This document shows, piece by piece, positions 55,914 to 64,000 of a DNA stretch of 64,000 nt (position 1 is the first letter of the stretch; the number at the start of each line of letters is the position of its first letter). Location: contig JAWKOB010000007.1 in assembly GCA_041391405.1 (NCBI GenBank), forward strand, positions 845 through 64,844, read 5' to 3'. The notes beneath the pieces are model-generated. The model did no database searches. It was not told the DNA's origin and saw only the letters and a program-made list of their open reading frames with translations. Origin of the DNA: Bdellovibrionota bacterium. GTDB lineage: Bacteria > Bdellovibrionota_G > JALEGL01 > JAGRMV01. Position numbers and translations under genes: made by a program.

Positions 55914-55996
55914 CGCAAAGGGTGAATTGGTTTGGGCTTTGCTCAAACCAAGAGGGAAAAGCGTTTTTCCATATGTCGAGCCGAGGAGGCGAGACG
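55914..55996 (+). promoter_or_regulatory. Conserved modular 5' leader element, copy 1 (upstream of parA)
   Basis: Box A CGCAAAGGGTG (55914-24). Inserted hairpin TTGGTTTG/CAAACCAA. Box B AGGGAAAAGC (55953-62). Box C CCATATGTCGAGCCGAGGAGGCGAGACG (55969-96). Box C ends 19 nt before the parA ATG. Confidence 0.55.
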
Positions 55997-56015
55997 TTAA
56001 ACAGTAAGGAAGTAC

Positions 56016-56825
56016 ATGGCTAAAATTATTACAATATCCAATCAAAAAGGTGGCGTAGGCAAAACCACGACATCGGTGAACTTGGCAGCATCGCTGGGAG
56101 CGCTTGAGAAAAAAATTCTGCTTGTGGATCTTGATCCGCAAGGTAACGCTTCGAGCGGCGTCGGTATTCATCTTGAGCCAGAAGGTCTTCAAATCTATCA
56201 TGCGCTTTTGGGTGAAAAAACCATGAAAGAAATCATGGTTGAAACCCAAGTTCCATTTGTGACGCTTGCACCGTCCAGCGGAGATTTGATTGGTTTTGAA
56301 ATTGAAGGCATTGAGCTCGAAGAGCGTGAGCAATGTTTGAAAAAAGCGTTGGCCACGGTGAGCGATCAGTTTGACTATATTATTATCGATTGCCCTCCGT
56401 CCCTTGGATTGCTCACAGTGAACTCACTTACAGCCGCGGATCATGTGATTGTTCCACTTCAATCGGAATATTATGCGCTCGAGGGGCTAAGCCGCCTTTT
56501 GCAAACCATTGAATTGATCCAACAGTCGGTCAATCCAAACCTGACATTGGAAGGTATCGTGTTGACGATGTTCGATTCACGCAACAGTCTTTCCCATCAG
56601 GTGGCCAATGAAGTGAAAGAACATTTTCCTGAAAAATTGTGGGAAACCAAAATTCCTCGAAACGTTCGTTTGTCCGAGGCCCCAAGTTTTGGAAAGCCAG
56701 TTCTATTGTATGACGTGCGTTCCACCGGAGCGACCAGTTATTTGAATCTCGCCCGCGAATTTCTCGATCATTTCGAACGCAAACAAAAAACAATTTCCAA
56801 CCATGTAGTAACGGAGAACGTATGA
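56016..56825 (+). CDS. parA: Chromosome partitioning ATPase ParA (Soj)
   Basis: Deviant Walker A NQKGGVGKTTTSVNLA. LLVDLDPQGNASSG. Confidence 0.95.
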   Translation: MAKIITISNQKGGVGKTTTSVNLAASLGALEKKILLVDLDPQGNASSGVGIHLEPEGLQIYHALLGEKTMKEIMVETQVPFVTLAPSSGDLIGFEIEGIELEEREQCLKKALATVSDQFDYIIIDCPPSLGLLTVNSLTAADHVIVPLQSEYYALEGLSRLLQTIELIQQSVNPNLTLEGIVLTMFDSRNSLSHQVANEVKEHFPEKLWETKIPRNVRLSEAPSFGKPVLLYDVRSTGATSYLNLAREFLDHFERKQKTISNHVVTENV

Positions 56826-57763
56826 GCAAACCAAAGAAACCAGGAAAGCACTTGGCCGCGGAATTTCTTCATTGATTCCTGGTCCAAAATCCAAACCTGC
56901 AGTAACCGCTGCACCGGTTGTAACAACGGCAGCGACTGTAGTCCCCGTTCCAACCGAAGCACCTGCGACGGACATCGCGTTGAATGAAAAATCGCTCTTC
57001 GTTGAAATCGATCGCATTCGAATGAATCCACGACAACCACGCAAAACTTTCGAAGAAAAGGCGCTTGCCGATCTGGTTGAATCCGTGAAAGAAAAGGGCG
57101 TGCTTCAACCTTTGCTCGTTTGTCGCAAAGGTCTGCACTATGAACTCATCGCAGGTGAACGCCGTTATCGCGCATCCAAAGAGGCGGGCCTTAAACTCGT
57201 ACCTGTTCGTATTTTAGCCAACGATCAAGAGCAACTTGAAATCGCTTTGATTGAAAATTTGATCCGTTCCGATTTGAATCCGATCGAAGAAGCCAAAGGC
57301 TACGAAAAACTCCAAAAAAGAGTTCAATCTGACGCACGAACAAATTTCTCAGAAGGTTTCCAAAGATCGTACAACCGTGACCAATGCTTTGCGACTTTTG
57401 AAATTGCCTCTTGTGGTTCAACAAGAACTTCAGCGAGGAAATTTGTCGATGGGCCATGCTCGAGCTTTGCTTTCCCTTGAAAAAGAACATGTCCAACTGG
57501 AGCTTGTTCGAGAAATTCTAAGTCACGGTCTTTCGGTTCGCGCAACGGAACGACGCGTTTCCGAATTGAGCAAGCCAGCCAAACCGACATTGGTGGCCAA
57601 ACGTGAAAATCCAAATGTGACCTCAGTTCGCGAAGAAATTCAGAGAAAACTTGGAACCAAAGTTGAGATTAAGGAAAAATCGGCCGGCAAAGGTGAGATT
57701 CGCATTCAGTATTTCTCAACCGCGGATTTAACACGCATCGTCGATTTGTTGAAAAATATTTAA
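56822..57763 (+). CDS. parB: Chromosome partitioning protein ParB (Spo0J), apparent frameshifts near 56850 and 57330-57375
   Basis: MSKPKKPGK(A)LGRG... then PRQPRKTFEEKALADLVESVKEKGVLQPLLV, IAGERRYRASKEAG, and the HTH region TNALRLLKLP...GHARALL in ORF 57377..57763. Confidence 0.9.
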
Positions 57764-57846
57764 TCAATTAAATTAAATAGTTACGTGGTTTGATTGTGGC
57801 CCACCGCAATTTCATATATATAGAGGACCTTCTTTAAGGAGAGCGC

Positions 57847-59388
57847 ATGAAAAAAGTCGTCGTTTTGACCTTCATTTCTTTTTTGGCAGCCTGTGGATTG
57901 CAAGTTCGCGGAACAGGAACAAACACCAATAATAATCCCAATACAGCCAACCCTAACGGAAACTCCTTCACAGTAGGTGGCCAAGCTTCAGGCATTCCAG
58001 TGGGCAAAGATGTCAAGGTAACCATTGATGGAAATGAATATTCGATCGATGAAAACGGCAGCTTCACCTTTCCACTGACTTTTCCAAATGGTGCATCTTA
58101 TGATGTGGATGTTGTAACGGGACCTGGCGGAGCTTACACGTGTTCTCTTGAAAACGACGCGGGCACCATCAACAATGCCAATGTCACCAACGTTTTTTTG
58201 GATTGCCAATGCGCCATCGGCTCTTTGGGTACAGGATCTGGAACAATGGCGGATCCAACGCTTGTATATACAGCGCAGCAACTCAACAACATCGCCGTTG
58301 CCGCCACTCCAAGCAGCTTCACCAAAAAATACAAACAAGTTTGTGATTTGGATTACGGAGATATGTCTCCGAAACCAATCGGCCAACAATCCAACCCTTT
58401 CATGGGCGTCTACGACGGAAACGGGTTCTACATTCTGAATTATACATCAGATGAAAACACGCCTTCATTGGCACGCAAAAAAGGTTTGTTTGGACATACT
58501 TTTGCCGCGTGGCTGAAGAACATCAATCTGAAAAACTTCACGCTTGTGGGTGACGCAAACATGGGAACCGTCGCAAATCCAGCGAATATGGGAGCTTTGG
58601 GCGGATCGATCACGGACAGCGCCGTCGATCATATTTACGCTGAAGATATTTCCATCCGCAATCATGGAAACTATTTTCACGGTATTGGTGGTTTGATTGG
58701 CAACCAGACTCAAAATGATTTGTCAGGCACAAGCACGGTCGTTGGTTTGAGTTATGTTCATATGAAAAATGTGGATGTAAAAGGTGGAATATCCAACAAA
58801 GTCGGGGGCATCGTAGGTTATTCCCAAGTTGGAAGTGAAAATCTGGAAATCACGGATTCTCACATCCACTCATGCGCGTATCGTTGCGGCGGCATTGCAG
58901 GGGCAATTTTCAACAAAGCGGTCTTTGCAGATATCAACGCATTGAACATGACGGTGGAAGGTGACGAAGCTGTCGGAGGAATTACCGGTGAAAATATCGG
59001 ACTTTTGGATCGCACCGCATTCGTGGGAACCGTCAATGGCTTGACCAATTTGGGTAAATTCGGCGGCATCATCGGAAAAGGAAACGCAAGTGATCCAGCA
59101 TTCAACAGTTACACCGTATCGGATGTTTTGTCGGTTGCAGGAACAACAGCAGCTGGAAGAATCAATGGATCAACTTCCTTGATCACCAACATTGCTTATG
59201 ACAGCACACAAACTTGCCAAAACTGTACCGTGAATTCCGGAACAGCGTATGCCGGTAACAACGCTTTTCAATCCGGATCCCATGCTTCTCAAACGTCCTG
59301 GGATTTCACAAATACATGGTGTTTGACGACTTCTTATCCACGTTTGTCAGGTGTGCCAAATGCGGTTTGTGAAGAGCCTGAATTATAA
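57847..59388 (+). CDS. Surface lipoprotein with GLUG-motif repeats
   Basis: Lipobox SFLAAC. FMGVYDGNGFYILN, KGLFGH, repeated GGLIG/GGIVG/GGIAG/GGITG/GGIIG units. The C-terminus has SWDFTNTW...YPRL. Confidence 0.6.
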   Translation: MKKVVVLTFISFLAACGLQVRGTGTNTNNNPNTANPNGNSFTVGGQASGIPVGKDVKVTIDGNEYSIDENGSFTFPLTFPNGASYDVDVVTGPGGAYTCSLENDAGTINNANVTNVFLDCQCAIGSLGTGSGTMADPTLVYTAQQLNNIAVAATPSSFTKKYKQVCDLDYGDMSPKPIGQQSNPFMGVYDGNGFYILNYTSDENTPSLARKKGLFGHTFAAWLKNINLKNFTLVGDANMGTVANPANMGALGGSITDSAVDHIYAEDISIRNHGNYFHGIGGLIGNQTQNDLSGTSTVVGLSYVHMKNVDVKGGISNKVGGIVGYSQVGSENLEITDSHIHSCAYRCGGIAGAIFNKAVFADINALNMTVEGDEAVGGITGENIGLLDRTAFVGTVNGLTNLGKFGGIIGKGNASDPAFNSYTVSDVLSVAGTTAAGRINGSTSLITNIAYDSTQTCQNCTVNSGTAYAGNNAFQSGSHASQTSWDFTNTWCLTTSYPRLSGVPNAVCEEPEL

Positions 59389-59519
59389 AGCTAAGCAGCT
59401 GAATTTATTTTGTTTTTAGGAGTGTCGCCAAAGGCTGAAAACTTCCTGAAATAGTCTTGACAAGCGGTCCCTAGTTTATTACTTGAGGCTGAAGAAAATT
59501 AGGTTTTTCAAGTATTTAC

Positions 59520-60045
59520 ATGTTTAGCAAGAACACCAAAAACGAAGCCAAGGAGAAACCCATGGGCCTACTCACAAAAGACGAACCATCTACCTCCACC
59601 AACAATCGTACATACGGAACATCCACACCATCTTCAAATGCAAGCGGTTTTAATGCAGTTCTAGATCGTGGAAGTGAATTTGAAGGAAAATTGACCTTCG
59701 AAGGAACTGTTCGAATCGATGGAAAATTCAAAGGCGATATTTTCTCCGAATCCCACATGGTGATCGGTGAAAGTGGACGTGTTGAAGGTACGGCAACGGT
59801 TGGTTCCGTTTCCATCAGCGGAAATTTCAATGGTGATATTCCTTAAAACAAAAGTCGAACTTCACAAAGGTGCGGTTGTCAAAGGTGACATTTATACACC
59901 ATCCTTGACGATTGAAGACGGCGTGAAATTCGATGGAAGAGCCGTGATGGATTCCAACAGTTTGAGCAAAGAATTGGGCCAATTCAAGAACACAAATTCT
60001 GAAAAAGCCAAAATTACAAGCACAGGCCTTACAGCTTCTGCCTGA
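59520..60045 (+). CDS. Bactofilin (DUF583) cytoskeletal protein, frameshift near 59840
   Basis: FEGKLTFEGTVRIDGKFKGDIFSESHMVIGESGRVEGTATVGSVSISGNFNGDI, then VELHKGAVVKGDIYTPSLTIEDGVKFDGRAVM in the next frame. Confidence 0.8.
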
Positions 60046-60064
60046 GTAGAGATTAATTAGAAAA

Positions 60065-60151
60065 CGCAAAGGGTGGGTTTTTAGGGAAAAGCATGCAGCC
60101 CGAAGGGTTGCAAAACGCTAGATCCATGTGTCGAGCCGAAGAGGCGAGACG
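60065..60151 (+). promoter_or_regulatory. Conserved modular 5' leader element, copy 2 (upstream of atpF')
   Basis: Box A CGCAAAGGGTG (60065-75). Box B AGGGAAAAGC (60083-92). Inserted hairpin TGCAGCCC-gaa-GGGTTGCA (60094-112). Box C CCATGTGTCGAGCCGAAGAGGCGAGACG (60124-51). Box C ends 17 nt before the TTG start at 60169. Confidence 0.55.
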
Positions 60152-60168
60152 AACAAAAAGAGGGTTCC

Positions 60169-60735
60169 TTGTTTCGTAAAAGTTTAGATACGGTTGTAAT
60201 TGCGCTGATCTTTGTCGGCGCAGCGATGCTTTTGGAAAAATTCAATTTTTGGGGTGCGCTTGGTCTTGAAGCTCCCCACTTCTTCATTTATTCCGGCCTG
60301 ATGTTTTTAACTTTGGTCGTGATTTTTCAGCACACGATCTTCGATCCATACGGTGCAATTTCCACGGAACGACTGGAACAAACCACTGAAAAAAGAAAAC
60401 GCGCAGATGAACGCAAACTTCACGCCGAATCAATTCTAAAATCTTATGAAGCCAGCATTTTGAATGCGCGTATGGACGCTCTCAAGCAGCGTGAGCGCAT
60501 TGCCATGGAAGCTGAAAGCAAAGAACGCGAAATCATTGAAGCTGCAAAACAAAAATCTCAAGCATCGATGGACGCAGCGATGAAAGAAATTTCCGCTAAA
60601 ATCGAAATCACACGCAAAGAATTGGTCACGGCCAGCACGCCGCTTGTCGCGCAGCTTGTGGACGAAGTACTTTCTGGTGAAATGGGCAAAAAACCAGGCT
60701 CGGCATCCTCCAAATCCGTAGAATCGAGAATGTAA
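60169..60735 (+). CDS. atpF: F0 ATP synthase subunit b' (b-like)
   Basis: A TM segment (FFIYSGLMFLTLVVIF) followed by a long charged coiled coil. The start is uncertain: TTG 60169 or an internal Met. Confidence 0.7.
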   Translation: MFRKSLDTVVIALIFVGAAMLLEKFNFWGALGLEAPHFFIYSGLMFLTLVVIFQHTIFDPYGAISTERLEQTTEKRKRADERKLHAESILKSYEASILNARMDALKQRERIAMEAESKEREIIEAAKQKSQASMDAAMKEISAKIEITRKELVTASTPLVAQLVDEVLSGEMGKKPGSASSKSVESRM

Positions 60736-60736
60736 T

Positions 60737-61214
60737 ATGCACCCTTCACATCCAGAAATTTCAGCCATCTTCAATTTCTTGTTTCTTGCCATCGCCTTGG
60801 CTTTCCTTTTGAAAAAGCCGCTGAAAGCTTTCATGTCCAATCGTAGCGATGTCATTCGTCAAAATGTAGAAGAGAGCGAACGTCTTCAGCAAGAAGCGCT
60901 CACCATGCTCAAAAACTACGAAGGCAAACTCGCGAAGCTCGATGCTGAAATCAAAGAAATGATGCAAAACGCCCGCAACGAAGGTGAACGCGAGAAAAAA
61001 GAAATCCTCGAACGCGCCGAAAGAATGTCAGGTCAAATCATCGAAAATGCCAAGAACATGGCTGATCGCGAACTTTTGAAACAAAAAGATACATTGCAAC
61101 GTGAGTTGATGTCCAAAGTGATCGCTGAAGCTCTCAAAACTTTGAAGGACAAAGCCTCCGAAAAGGATCACAAAGCCTTCACCACACAATTCATCACCCA
61201 AATGGAAAAACAAA

Positions 61215-61231
<17 letters not shown>
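60737..61231 (+). CDS. atpF: F0 ATP synthase subunit b
   Basis: TM segment IFNFLFLAIALAFLLKKPL, then a coiled coil (RSDVIRQNVEESERLQQEAL...). Confidence 0.85.
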
Positions 61232-63268
<2,037 letters not shown>

Positions 63269-63278
63269 GGACACCTAA

Positions 63279-64000
63279 GTGGCAAACTTAAGAGCGATCA
63301 GAAACAGAATCCGAAGCGTGAAATCCACGCAGAAGATCACCAAAGCCATGAAAATGGTTGCGGCTGCTCGTTTGCGCAGAGCTCAGGAAAAAGTTGTTCA
63401 GTCGACACCTTACAAATTGAAGATTGAAGAACTTTTCGTGCGCTTGACTCAAGCGACAACCAATCATCCATTGCTGCAAAAGCGTGAAGTTCAAAAACGC
63501 TTGGTGATTGTGATGGCATCCGATCGTGGCCTTTGCGGAGCATTCAACTCCACATTGTTCCGTACCGTGATGAGAGATTTGAATAAACCAAATGTTCATA
63601 CCGAAGTTATGCCAGTGGGCAAACGCGCTGCAGGGTTTTTTGCTAGCAAAGGTATGAAGATATTTGACAGCCAAAAAATGTTTTGGACTGGATTCGATCA
63701 CACCAAATCGCATGAACTTGTTCAGCGTCTTGTTGAATTGTACATGAGCAAAACATTCGATCAGATCGATGTTTACTACAACGAGTTTGTTTCGGTGATG
63801 TCTCAAAAACCAAAATTGATGACATTGATTCCGATTGCACCGGATGCTTCGAATCAAGCAGCGCCAGCGAACTATATTTTCAAACCAGACCAAGCCACCA
63901 TTTTGAATGAGCTTGTGCCGAAAGCGATCGACATTCGTTTTTATGTCGCCTGCTTGCACTCACTTGCGGGTGAGTTCGGTGCGCGCATGGCAGCAATGGA
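63279..64000 (+). CDS. atpG: F1 ATP synthase subunit gamma (5' part, runs off the window)
   Basis: From the GTG start: ANLRAIRNRIRSVKSTQKITKAMKMVAAARLRRAQ...ASDRGLCGAFN. The frame is open to the window end. Confidence 0.9.
   Translation, partial: MANLRAIRNRIRSVKSTQKITKAMKMVAAARLRRAQEKVVQSTPYKLKIEELFVRLTQATTNHPLLQKREVQKRLVIVMASDRGLCGAFNSTLFRTVMRDLNKPNVHTEVMPVGKRAAGFFASKGMKIFDSQKMFWTGFDHTKSHELVQRLVELYMSKTFDQIDVYYNEFVSVMSQKPKLMTLIPIAPDASNQAAPANYIFKPDQATILNELVPKAIDIRFYVACLHSLAGEFGARMAAM

Noticed and set aside
55907-56023. 38 aa ORF starting at an ATGA overlap with the mnmG stop and spanning the whole leader element
   Set aside because: Copy 2 of the element has stop codons in the corresponding frame (TAG at 60119-21), and box B is in a different frame relative to box C. 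The long ORF is therefore not conserved. Only the short box C micro-ORF remains a candidate.

Overview
This window is the replication-origin neighbourhood of a moderately AT-rich bacterial chromosome. Gene content (AgmX/PglI-type, DUF3015 and DUF4105 proteins, b558-type sdhCAB, AddAB, bactofilin) suggests a Bdellovibrionota- or Myxococcota-like organism, but that is a low-confidence inference. The minus strand carries dnaA-dnaN-(secreted HExxH protein)-recF-gyrB-gyrA. The plus strand diverges from a roughly 590 bp AT-rich oriC candidate into rpmH-rnpA-yidD-yidC-jag-mnmE-(LbH transferase)-mnmG-parA-parB-(GLUG lipoprotein)-bactofilin-atpF'FHAG. Elsewhere there are rarA, ispF/ispD/carD, gshB, tRNA-Asn, addBA, sdhCAB, an RluA-like synthase, mscL, dnaJ, atpI-B-E (a split ATP synthase locus), an RHH-NfeD-SPFH operon, hemL, an M1 aminopeptidase and several secreted hypothetical proteins. 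No CRISPR array, transposase, integrase or prophage was seen. Many genes, including essential ones such as dnaA, atpA, parB and mnmG, carry apparent indel frameshifts, often at A/T homopolymers. These cluster in particular segments and look more like assembly errors than true decay. The most interesting non-genic signals are listed below.
- Three parS sites lie in the mnmE-mnmG gap.
- A modular conserved 5' leader element occurs twice, upstream of parA and upstream of atpF'.
- A roughly 108 nt GC-rich structured island sits between the parS sites.
- A roughly 90 nt GC-rich long hairpin lies downstream of hemL.
- An inverted DnaA-box pair lies far from oriC.
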